Assembly (NCBI GenBank): GCA_025603075.1
Contig: MU626418.1
Coordinates: 1-45,888 of the forward strand
Direction of reading: 5' to 3'
Source: Neoconidiobolus thromboides FSU 785
Lineage: Eukaryota; Fungi; Entomophthoromycota
DNA length: 45,888 nt
The notes below the pieces were generated by a model, which saw only the letters and a program-made list of their open reading frames with translations, was not told where the DNA came from and ran no database searches. How positions within the stretch are numbered: the stretch's first letter is position 1; every line of letters begins with the position of its first letter. Shown here piece after piece: positions 11,901 to 24,105 of this stretch. A program made the position numbers and the translations under genes.

Positions 11901-14759
11901 TTCCCTATTGATGAAATTGCTAGTGATAAGCAAGATACAAAGGTTAAAATGGACGATTTGCCATTTTATTGCATTGGGTTTAAATCTGCTGCACCTGAAT
12001 TTACTTTACGTACTAGAATATGGGCCTCTTTAAGATCTCAAACTTTATATCGTACTATTTCTGGATTCATGAACTATTCTAAAGCCTTGAAATTATTGCA
12101 CCGAATCGAAAATCCAGAGTTAGTTCAGTTGCTAGGCGGTAATAGTGAAGCTTTAGACGAAGAGTTAGATTTAATGGCAAGGCGTAAATTTAACTTCCTG
12201 ATTTCTATGCAAAGATACACCAAGTTTAATAAGGAGGAAAAGGAAAATGTAGACTTTTTATTAAAGACTTATCCAGATCTCCAAATTGCTTATCTTGAAG
12301 AAGAAAAAGGTGTCACTGAAGATGAAGTTGTTATGTATTCTTGTTTAACTGATGGTCATATGCCAGTTAACGAAGACGGTAAAAGAGAAGCCAAATATCG
12401 TATTCGTATTCCTGGAAACCCTATTCTTGGTGATGGTAAATCGGATAATCAAAATCATGCTATTATATTCACAAGAGGTGAATATATTCAAGTCATTGAT
12501 GCTAATCAAGATAATTATCTTGAGGAAGCACTTAAAATCCGTTCCGTTTTAGCCGAGTTTGAAGAATATCAAGCTCCACAACATTCTCCATATGCTCCAG
12601 CCTCAGCCGCAGAAGAAGTAAAGAAACCAGTTGCCATTATCGGTGCCAGAGAATACATCTTCTCTGAAAATATCGGTGTACTTGGTGATATTGCTGCTGG
12701 TAAAGAACAAACCTTTGGTACTCTTACCCATCGTATCTTGTCCACTGTTGGTGGTAGATTACACTATGGTCATCCTGATTTCTTGAATATGGTCTTCATG
12801 AACACTCGTGGCGGCTTATCTAAAGCACAAAAAGGTCTTCATTTAAATGAAGATATCTATGCTGGTATGAATGCTTTCCAAAGAGGTGGAAGAATTAAGC
12901 ATTGCGAATATATTCAATGTGGTAAAGGAAGAGATCTTGGTTTTTGCTCAGTGCTTAATTTCAATACAAAGATTGGTACTGGTATGGGTGAACAGTTACT
13001 TTCTAGAGAATACTACTATCTTTACACTCAGCTTCCTTTGGATCGCTTCTTAACTCTCTTTTATGCACATCCTGGTTTTCAAGTTAACAATATGATGATT
13101 ATGTTTTCTATTCAAATCTTTTTGATGGTCTTAGCCTGTGTTGGTGTAATTACTAGTACTCAAACTGTTTGCTCTACCTCAGAAGTTAATAATGAATTCC
13201 CTGTGTTCCAAGAAAGTTTACAGTGTTGGAACAAGCTTCCAGTCACTAACTGGATCGACCGTACCGTGGTATCCGTCTTTATTGTTTTCTTCATTACTTT
13301 CCTTCCACTTATCTTACAAGTATTATCAGAGCAAGGTTTTGTTCGTATGGCAGCTAGACTTGGAAAACAATTAGCGTCCTTTTCCCCCATGTTTGAAATT
13401 TTTACTACTCAAATTTTCAGCAATTCAATTTTGAGCAACATGAGCTTTGGTGGTGCCAGATATATTGGTACTGGTCGTGGTTTTGCTACTACAAGACAAA
13501 CTTTTGCAATTCTTTACTCAAGGTTTGCTAGCTCTAGTATTTATTCTGGATTGAGAGGTTTCCTGTTTTTAATGTTCGCTTGTCTTGCCCCTCATCTTTT
13601 CTCACCTTTCTTTCTTTACTTCTGGTTTACAGTTATTGGTTTGGTCTTATCCCCTTGGATCTTTAACCCTCATCAATTGTCTTTAATGGAGTTCATTCTT
13701 GATTATCGTAACTTTTTAAGATGGATGTCTGCTGGTAACTCTTCCTCAGCAAAAGAATCATGGGTTGCTCATTGCCGTTATGCACGTACTAGAATCACTG
13801 GTCAAAAGAGAAAGAAGCTTGGTGATAAAGAAAGAAAGATTGGAGGCCATGTACCTAGAGCTCATCGTTTGATTATCTTCTTCTCAGAAGTCATTGTACC
13901 AATGATGTTTGCCATTCTGACTGTATTGATTTATGGTATCGTTTCAAACTATGATCCTGTTATTGAGGAGGACAAAAATGGTAAAAAGCCATATACTCCT
14001 CCTTCTCTTAAAGGTTCATCAGGTTTGGTACGTGCGATCTTAGTTGCTTTCCTACCTATCATCTTAAATGCTGGTATTTTGATTGTCTTGTTCCCAGTCT
14101 CCTTATTTTTGGGTCCAGTTATGACCATCTGTGCTAAATCCTTTGGTGCTGTTATTGCTGCTATTGCTCACGCTTGGGCAGTTTTAAATCTCATTATTTG
14201 CTTCGTATTATTATGGTTCTTAGAAAACTTTAACTTATCTCGTGCTATCCTTGGTATTACTGCTGCTATGTTTATTCAACGTTTCATATTTGCTTTATTA
14301 ATGTTTATGTTCTTGACACGTGAGTTTGGACATGATGGTGCTAATGTAGCTTGGTGGACTGGTAAATGGATCTCAGCAGGTTTAGGATGGATGACTATTA
14401 CTCAACCATTAAGAGAATTTGTATGTAAAATCATTGAAATGTCTTTATTTGCAACCGATTTCATCTCCGCTCATTTGATCTTTTTCTCACTTGCCCCATT
14501 CACACTTATTCCATATGTAGATAAATGGCATTCAACCATGTTGTTTTGGTTACGTCCTTCGAGACAGATACGTCCACCTATCTTTTCATTAAGGCAAATG
14601 AATCAACGCCGCCGTCGTGCCATTCTTTATGGAATCTTGTTTGTTATCATATTTGCTTTCTTTGTAGGCCTTATTGTAGCTCCTCTTTTATTTAAGAAGA
14701 CAATCTTAGGAATCTTTTCAAGGAAAAGCATATCTATTCTTTCTTCCTTTTATGTTTAA
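8994..14759 (+). CDS. FKS1: 1,3-beta-glucan synthase catalytic subunit (GT48), 1921 aa, single exon
   Basis: Hallmark motifs [105 protein letters not shown]; many transmembrane segments. Confidence 0.98.
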   Translation: [1921 protein letters not shown]

Positions 14760-15758
14760 ATCGTTGGCCTTTCTAAAAATGGATAAAATTTATAGATTTT
14801 AATCCTTCTGATATTTAATATCTTTTATTCAATAAACTTATTTTAATTAAATTGTAAAGTTTATCATTATAGTATTTGTTTCACTTTGAAAAAATAACTT
14901 ATAGAGACTGCTATTGATTATCTTTGCCTTAATAATGTCTGTTCATTTATTCAAAGTATTAGTAGATAAACTACAATAATCTTAATTTTTAACCTTATTT
15001 AAGCGTTTACAAATATTGTTAAAAACGTAGTAAATATACAAATTATACGATTTTACTTATTTGTATATTGATATTAATTTATTATGTTTTTCAATGATAA
15101 TGATAAGGTATTAATAAAAAATAGCAGTGTACACTCCTATTGCTTTATAAAAAAATAGAAAATAAAAAAATAGCAAACTGAGAATTGTCATAAATCTAAA
15201 TTTCTTATTAAGTTAAATATGAAAATATCTTCACTTAAAGAAGACTTGTAAACTTGTAAAAAAACAATTGAAAATTAATAGAAACACCTTTAATTTTTCT
15301 GTGATAGAGAAATGTAAAACTATTTTTAAAATTAAACCTATTTAATAGATGAAAATCAAACATGTAAAAACAAATTTACAATCGTACACTATACAAAAGT
15401 AAAGCGATTCTTTTCTAACAATGTTTAAATAATAGCAATAAATACTACAATAAAATCGAAACCTCAAGATAGTTAGAGCTATTATTTGTGTTTTATTATA
15501 AGTAAAACTTTAGATTTCTAACTAATATTAACAATATGAATGATTCATTTAAATGTATTAACCTATTTCAAACATAAATTAAATCTAATGCTGCTGAATA
15601 TTATTAGTTTGTATAGCTGTTAAATGCAATATATTTAAGTAAAATCAGATAATAAAAATACAATAAAATCAAACTTCAATTTACTTTAATTTACCAAACT
15701 CAAAATCTATGAATTCCATTCAATTCACTTAAAAAATAAAGATGGTTTAAAAATCTAC

Positions 15759-17214
15759 TCAACATTCCTCTGAATTAGGGTTATAATTAAATATAAAGTT
15801 TTCAATCGCTTCATTTGCTTCAACAGGGTTTAGTGGAAGGCTAATTAAATCAATCAATAATAATTTTTACAAAATAAAACACTTATTACTTTTCAAGTTT
15901 CCAACTACTTCCACTTTCAGTTACATTGAAGAATCGATGCTTCCATTTCTTTTTAGCTTCTTCGTATTTGCGAGTACGATCCCTTTGATTTTGTTCTATC
16001 CGAGATTTTTCTTCAGTTGCTTTATCAAGATCTACCTTTAAATTTTCTGTAACATGTTGCCAAAGCCTTAAAAGGAAATTTAGCTTAATAAAAAATCTCC
16101 AATTTATTAACATACCTTCTAGATTCAAATTCATCTTGTTCTGCTTCTGGCGCTACATCTTTAGGATATACTTCAGCACTTATAGCATCAAAAAACAATC
16201 TTGATTTTCCTCCCTAAAATTTTTAACTTAAGTTTTTTTTATTTTGAAAACCATTTACTTTATCTGACAACTTTAATTTATCCGTCCATTTTCCTTGAAT
16301 TTCATATACTGTTTCTCCTGTATTTATTTTCTTAATTTTACCTGCTAAATCATGATATGACCCAGAAAACAATCCCTAAATAAAATTAGTATTTAATTAT
16401 CTGTTAACTATGTCATTTACCTTAGTTTTAAACTCTGCCTTACAGACCAAGTTTGTTTTTTCACATCTAATTACTGAAACGTCCCCGAGCTCATAAGTTA
16501 ATTTACCAAATAAGATTCCATAAACATATATATTAGGGTAAGTGATGGTATATTCTTCTCCCGGAAAATTTAATAAGCGAATGCGTGCTGATCCTTCTAA
16601 CATCGTTCCTGCCGATGTTCCATAAAACTTGGATTTCGGCCTCATCTCCCCTTCAATTATAAAATTATTATCTGGGCTTGCAAACACATATGCTGATATT
16701 GGGGGATGATGTGATACTTGTTCAGATAGATAATATCCTTTGGTACCATTGGAAAAATTCCAACGGCATCGGAAATATTCCCCAAGAACTGGATTGTATG
16801 GTTTACGTACCCCCTTTTAAAAACATTTAAAATTCAATTTAATTAGCTAAATTAAAAATTTACTTTAGGTCTAATGTGCCATCCAGACAAAAAATAGTGA
16901 CAAATTGCTAACATTCTTTTTTCAGGGGAATCTAATTTATGAGCTCTTTTTTGAATACAGTATTAATTTAAACCAAAACAATAAAAATAAAGTTACTCTA
17001 ATAACTCTTCTGGATGGCTCATAAAATCAGTTATCCTTTCTAAAAAACTTCTAGGCTCTAAAACAAAGGTAGGCAATGTTACCCTATGTAAATCTGAGCC
17101 TTTAGATAGTTGGCCTATCAAGGAAGTGATTATATTGCGTGCGCTTGGCTCTAAGATCTCTTCTTCTTCATGATATTCGCTGTTTTCCATCTTTAAATTG
17201 CTGTTTGTTGTCAT
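15759..17214 (-). CDS. OSH6/OSH7: Oxysterol-binding protein homolog, Osh6/Osh7-like; about 6 introns
   Basis: DLHRVTLPTFVLEPRSFLERITDF, GWHIRPK|GVRKPYNPVLGEYFRC, the ORP signature EQVSHHPPIS and KSKFYGTS; last exon ends YNPNSEEC-TGA at 15759. Confidence 0.9.
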
Positions 17215-18302
17215 GTGTAAATCAAAAAACTTTTAATTTTTTTGTCATATATTCTTCGAATCCATATGAGATCATTATTTGCCAATGAGTAGGCTTGTTT
17301 ATAGCCAATTAGAGTTTCAGGTTACACTAAACTTTAGTTATTCACCTTGGTATTTTTAATCATGATTGTGGAGGTTCATTGGCTGTAGGGAAAAGTAAAA
17401 TCATAATAGGTTTTTTACTAAGGATTTTAAATAGCTGATGCTTTTAATTTTAGCTAAGATATTGAAAGCTGTTGAAATAAGTAATAATCTCAATTTTTCT
17501 AAGCTTTAAGGCTAAACCAATATTATAAATATGAAGTCAAAGAAAGGATACTTTATTATAAATCTAAGACTAATAGTAGAAAGAGTTTAGCACGTTAATT
17601 AGACAACCATCTTAGAGAAATATTTATGCATAGGAGCTAATAGTGTTTTAGAGCTAGGCATTTAAAGTAGTAGCTTGTTGAACTTCAAAGTTAATAGAGT
17701 ATGTTTGGTTTTTTATAATTTTTGTATCATGAGTAAATTATAATAAAAACTAAATTTAAATTTTTCAAAAAATGCAAAATATTTCAAAAATATTTCAAAA
17801 TTAATTTCTAATGTTCTTATTAACAAGTCAATATAAAATTTAGGGATCTTGTAATTAAATTACACGCATGACGTAATGAGTTCTATAAAGAAATTTTTTT
17901 ATCCTTAAAATTCACTCGTCATTCGTAACTTTACCTAGAATATAATTAGCATTTTAAATTAAAGGTTCTATTATGATTTCTAAAATAATTTCCCTCATTT
18001 ATTATTTTACGCTTATCAAAGGATTGTATTTCAAACAACTTGTTAATTTTTTTACTATTATTTAAAACACATATTTAAAATTATTGCACTCATATAATTT
18101 TATTTAAACAATATGTGCTAAACTTATAAAAATAAAAAGAGTATTTGGATTCATTAAAAATTAAATGAATTTATCATTTTTAAAAAAAAGCGTAGTAACA
18201 AACCAGAAATAAATGGAACAAGAGTTACAAAAATGTTGTGGTAAGCAGATCAGGTGGATAGCTATGTTTTTTTATAAAACCAACTGTTCTCTAAATCGGA
18301 AA

Positions 18303-21205
18303 TCAGGCCTGAGAGGTGGAGCGTCTTGAAGAAGTACCATTCCTCTCGTCAGGATGGGATCCATTGGTTTGATTTTTTGGTGATTGACGGGGGGATCCGA
18401 GTTGGGATGGATGGTATGAATTCAAATTATTATTAATATTATTTGATTCATTATTTGATTCATTATTTTGTGGCTTAGGTGGAGTTGGTGGTCTATGTGA
18501 TTTATAAGAATAAGATTGACTCATACTTACTAAAGTATCAGCGGCTCCATCATAATCTTCATCAACATGGCGTGATTTACGAGACTCATTGAATTTAGGG
18601 CTAGCCATAGGTTCGCTAGGGCGGGAAAGATGAGATGGGATTGGTGGCCTTGGCTTTTCTTCAATACGGTTATGGTTATCTATATTTTGGAATGGACTTT
18701 TCTCTTCTTCTCTTGGGGTTCTAGAGATACCATGTCCAACCATAGGTGAAGGGCGAGTAGAAACTTGGTGAGATCTACGTACAGCATCATGGTGGTATGG
18801 ACTCTCATGATGAGGCATATGACGTTCATTCATATAAGAATGCTCGGGTCTTGAATATGGAGGTGGGCGTTGTTGTCTATAAATATCCTCTTGCTCACGA
18901 CGTTCATTATGGTGGTTTACACTTTCTTGATGATGGTAATAATTCGATTCAGGGGGACGGTGTTGAACTGAAGATCCATTATGAGGACGATTCGATATAC
19001 CTGCAGGGGAAGGGAGACTCATCTTACGATTATCTACAGGAATTGTAGCATTAGATGGCTCAGTACGTTTAATTGGCTGACGATGGAACCCAGGTTGAGT
19101 ATTAGGTGCGCGTAAAGCATCAGGATGCTGCAATAAGCTTTGAGAATATTGCGAGTGTTCATTAGCATAAGGATGACGTGGTGTGTGTCCTGGATCAACT
19201 GGTCTTGGATGTTCTTCACGTAAAATGTTTGGTAAATGATGTCCACCACGTGGATTAGGTGAATTAGTATTATTCATACGCATTAAAGGGGCAAGCTGAT
19301 CTTGATGGGAATGATTTGATCTATCTCCATTAGGCTGTATAAGTTGCTAAATAAGGATTAAATGCCATGTATAAATAATATAACTCTTACAATAGGTGGT
19401 GGCATAAGCGAAGGTGGTTCTTGACGGGGAGGTGGAGGGTATGATTGAACCCCTGGTCCTGGCCCGATTGGTCCCTTATAATTTTAAGAAACGCTATTTA
19501 TTTGTTTGAAAATATTTACCTGATTAAATCTAGCTATGTGTCCATTTCCATTAGCATAGCTATTTTGAAAATGATTTGGATTTATATCTTGAGGTACTGG
19601 AGCACTACTGAAAGTATTAGATACTTTTGAAATGAAAGTTTTAATAACATTACACTCTCTCACTTTGATTACTATTTAACAAGTTCAATCTTTGCCTTAT
19701 AAGTTGATTATTTGGATCTAAATCCAAAGCACGGCTATATGCATCTCTTGCATCTTCAATTTGGTTGTTGCAAGATTCGTACAAAGTTCCTAAATCATAC
19801 CTAAAGTACTTAGTAAATGTTATAAATAACAAATCTAATTTCATACCAAACTTCACTAATGTGTGGGTTGATGCGAATAGCTCTAGAATAGGCATCTAAA
19901 GCGTCACGAAACTGATTTATTTGATAATAAAGTACACCAATTGAACACCAAAAGGCTGCATTTTTCCCATCACGATAACTAAAACCAAAGTTCAATAAAC
20001 CAATTATTATTATGTTATTGTGAACTTACACAGCTTGTTGATAGGCTTCATATGCTCTTCCATATTTGCTTTGAGCCATAAAACAACGGCCTAACAAATA
20101 AAAAGTCTGTGGATCATTTGGATCTAAAAAACGTTAATTTTTTTAAAAAAAAGTTGTAAAGTAAATTACCAGCCTCAATAGATTTGTTGAGATAAACAAT
20201 GGCTTTATCTTGATCCTCAAAAGGCGCAGCAGATTGATGATAGAGCCAGCCCAATTGCTGCAACACTTTAGCATGGGATGGGTTCTCAGAAAGGACTCTC
20301 TCATATGCTTCTTTAGCTAAATTAAACTGGAAACGTTAGTAAAAAGTCTGTAAGTTATAAAAGAATATTACATCTTTCTGCTGCTCATAAACATGACCAA
20401 TTTGAAACCAAATGTCCACATCAGTCAAAGGACGAGGGGGGGAACTTAAAATGTATCTAAAGCACTAAAATAATGTAAATAATGTACCAAATGATAGCAA
20501 ATAATCTTACTTGTAAACTGAGCTCATATTTATGTTGTTGCTTGTAAATAATTCCTAAACGGAAGTAAATTTCACTTCCTTTTTCAAATTTTGGCTCCAT
20601 TCTCATCACTGCGGAAAAAGCTTCCTCCGCGTGTTCTAAGGAACCATAGCGGTCATAAAGAATACCGATGCCATACCAAAGTTTGGGATCCTGATATAAT
20701 AGTGATTAGATTAAAGAGTAAAGTAAATTTAAGTATTTTTACTCTTTGGGAGGTGCCGTGGTAAAGGGCTTGTTGGTAAGCGGAATAAGCTTTTTGGAGG
20801 TCATCCATCATCAAGTAGCAATGACCTAATGCTCCCCACACTTCACCATTAGAGTTTTCGATGTTAAGAGCTCTTTGGAAGTATTCAGTAGCCTAAAGAA
20901 AAAATGAGATTACAAATAATTTTTAATAAGTGCATTTACCTTAGCGTATTGCTCCCTGGCACGATGCAGAGCAGCAATCTGGAATAGAGCGGTAAATGAG
21001 TAAGGATTGTGGCGAAGGGCTGACTCATATGACTTCATTGCCTTTTCAGGCTCATTCATCATTTCAGCTAATGAGCCTTGAGGATGGTATGTAAGTTTAT
21101 GTTTGGTTATGTGGAGGAGATTAGCTTACCTAAATGAATCCAGGTGGATTCATTTAACCCAGTTAGTTTCTGTACAAGAGGGTTGTTTTGTAAATTAGAC
21201 CCCAT
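18303..21205 (-). CDS. SSN6: General transcriptional co-repressor Ssn6/Cyc8 (TPR array plus long low-complexity tail); about 10-11 introns
   Basis: TPR exons NESTWIHLG|SLAEMM, WGALGHCYLMMDDLQKAYSAYQQAL, DPKLWYGIGILYDRYG, FWCSIGVLYYQINQFRDALDAYSRAIRINP, YDLGTLYESCNNQIEDARDAYSRALDLDP. The 326-aa ORF 18303-19283 is the tail. Start codon is tentative because an acceptor-like AG lies just upstream. Confidence 0.9.
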
Positions 21206-24105
21206 AACCTAGTACAACAATTTAATTTATCAAATAATTCTGAACTAAACGATATAAAGTAATTTAATAGAAAGTTTAGAGAATAAAAAATAAAGAAACA
21301 AAAAGGAGTATTCTAAGCATTAAAATATTTATTACAATACTTTTTTAAATCTTATTTTTGCAGAATTAACAAGTTCGTTATTTAATCATCCTTGATTTAT
21401 TAGCTTATTCTTATAAAACTTGCTTCCAAATTTAATGGCTTTACAGTTATTACTAAATTTGAGGTGATTAGGTATAATTTAATCTTAGTAAAAATATGAC
21501 AAGGCAGATTTTTAATGGACAAATTAGATAAAAAAAAAAATTTTTACATTTGAATTTTGATAGGTAATTTAGCATCGTTGTATGTTTCTTTAAAATTTAA
21601 AACATAAAACAAAAATGTGTTTTTATTGATCTGTTTCACATAAGCAAATTTAAAATGGATGAATCCAATTTTATCAGCTTGGTGAGGCTGAAAAAGATAA
21701 AGGAAAGTGATGCCATCACCCACATAAAATTTAAGAAGTTAATTCCTGTTCCACCCATACATAATTCCTTATCGATTTAAACCTGATTTTATGCACATGA
21801 TTCTACCTTAATTTCAATCCCAAGATCCAAAAAAAATCCTTTCAATTTTAATCATTTTGTAGTTTTACTGTATTTCTATGCGTAAAAATTATACTTGATT
21901 TGATTTGAACTTTACAGTTAAATTTTCCTAAATGCAGAGCTGGGCATTTTAATTTTGTATCTATAGGGTTTAACTATGGCAATTTTTTCTATTTTTAGAT
22001 TTAGTAAATCAAAATCTTAAATACTCAGTTCTACGCTTAGGAAAATTTTGTAGTTTCATATTTTCATTGAAATACGTAATTTCAAATACTAAAATTAGCT
22101 ATTACACAATATCATTATTTATAAATAGCTTCCAATTAACTCAAGATTAAAGACCGAGAACACAAAGATTTAAATGGCCAATTAAACAAAGTAATTTAAT
22201 GATAATAGCATTAACTTATACTTGAATGAATAATAGAAAGATCAGCTTATGTGCAAGGACACAAGATAATCTATATAATATAAGATATTAATTTATTAGT
22301 GAATTAATAAAGTTCCAGTATATATTAGTTTTAAAAAAATCTATACAAAATAGCATACTTAGTGTTAATATATAACGATAATGATTTCAAATAAGATTAA
22401 TAGCTAAAAATCAATTACATCTTTATTTGCTAAACCAAAAAATTTTAAAAGTTCAATATTTGAAGAAGAATTAATTGCATTATTAGACACATGTTTACAA
22501 AGGAAACATCCCCTGTTATTTACTTGTAAACTCTAACTCATTTTAAACTAACACATACCCCATTAAAATTTAATTTATTATATGCATAAGCTATGAAATC
22601 AATACATTTATACATTGAATTAAAATTTAACACACTCCAAGCAGTTAGTCACCTCAAACAAAATAGGTAAAGATATTAAAAATAGTATTTGATACAAAGG
22701 ATCCTTTACATTTAGTCATATTGTTAGCTATTTTATCACGGAATAACTAAGTCTTCTTTTAAGTTTATTTCGAAATGAGGCTAATTACCGCTTTTTGAAA
22801 TAAAAAATTAAACTTAGCATTTTAAGATCAAATTAGAAATAGAAATATAGTATCTGTGGTAGTTTATTGTCACTTAGAGGCAAGGCGATAAAAATATCTA
22901 TTTTCCCGATTGAAATAAAATATATTTACAGTAATATAATATAACAAACAGAAAGTAAGAACTATTTTACTGTTTAAAACAGTAGTTGACTATTTCTACT
23001 GATAAACTTCTTAGCTAAAATAGTTTTAAAAAGCAACCTTACTTTATATTAACATATTAAAACATATTAAGCTTTTGTTTTACTATCAATAGTAACGTAT
23101 TTATAACAAGTTTACTAATTGTATTGATAATTCACCTTTTTCGTAAGGAGTTGATGTGCTTTCAGGATAACTTATTTAATTTACAGATTGAATACTAAAT
23201 TTTCTAAATATTCTTTTAGAAACATAGGAGTCCCTGCAAAGGCGTTGTTAGGCTAGTCTAGATTATGGGATCTTAATGCTTTTAAAGTTAGCATTTACAC
23301 AAAAAGAGTGAATTTACCGGAAGCATCTTAAGAATTTGATTCATACATTGTCCATTTTTTCAGATAAAAATAAACAAAAAAATAAAGGTAAAAAAACACC
23401 TACACTAAAAAATTAAATTATTAGAGTCTAAAAGTTAAATGAAAATTTAATACTCTAGCGAAAATTATCTAGATAGTCTAACTCAAAATAATAATAAAAG
23501 GTTTTTTGAAAATACAAAAAAAAGCTAGAGTTATACTTGACAATCCTTTGCTGCTCTAAAATTTACACATAGCTCACGCTGATAGAATTTAAAGTGCCAA
23601 GGAATCGTTGAGTATAGTCAAGGCACTTAAGCCCTATTGTTGTTTGTAGAGTATTTCTAGCTTAATAATATACTTTGGATTAGTAATAACATAACAGTTC
23701 CAAATTAATTATAATAGAATATTTATAATGTTGCAGTAAAATTATAGATTTATTCTAATCAATTCTCCAATTGGAAATAAAATAAAGATTCAAATGGAGC
23801 TAATTTAACAAATAGTACCATATGGTATTGCTTAAAAACAAATACTTTTATAAATATAGCATTCTATATTGGTTTTATAACTTTTGTCTATAGATTTAAC
23901 TAATTTTTAAAGTACTAATATTTCCAAGTTAAATGTTAGAAAAATAATAAGTAAAATCAAACACAAGAGTTTATTGGTATTCTATATTACTATCACTTAT
24001 GCCTTAAATTGATAAGAAAAATTCGCAGTTTGAAGATGATGTAATTACAAGTAACACTATAAATAAACATAAAATAAATTAAGGACCATTAATTTTTATT
24101 TAAAA

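Noticed and set aside
10756-13390. Short alternative-frame or antisense ORFs inside FKS1, and likewise inside SPT6 (28498-32122) and SSN6 (18797-19249)
   Set aside because: Shadow ORFs of long coding regions with no recognisable motifs.
21655-21780. Overlapping ~40-aa ORFs on both strands upstream of SSN6
   Set aside because: Too short, with no homology cue; cannot be supported from sequence alone.
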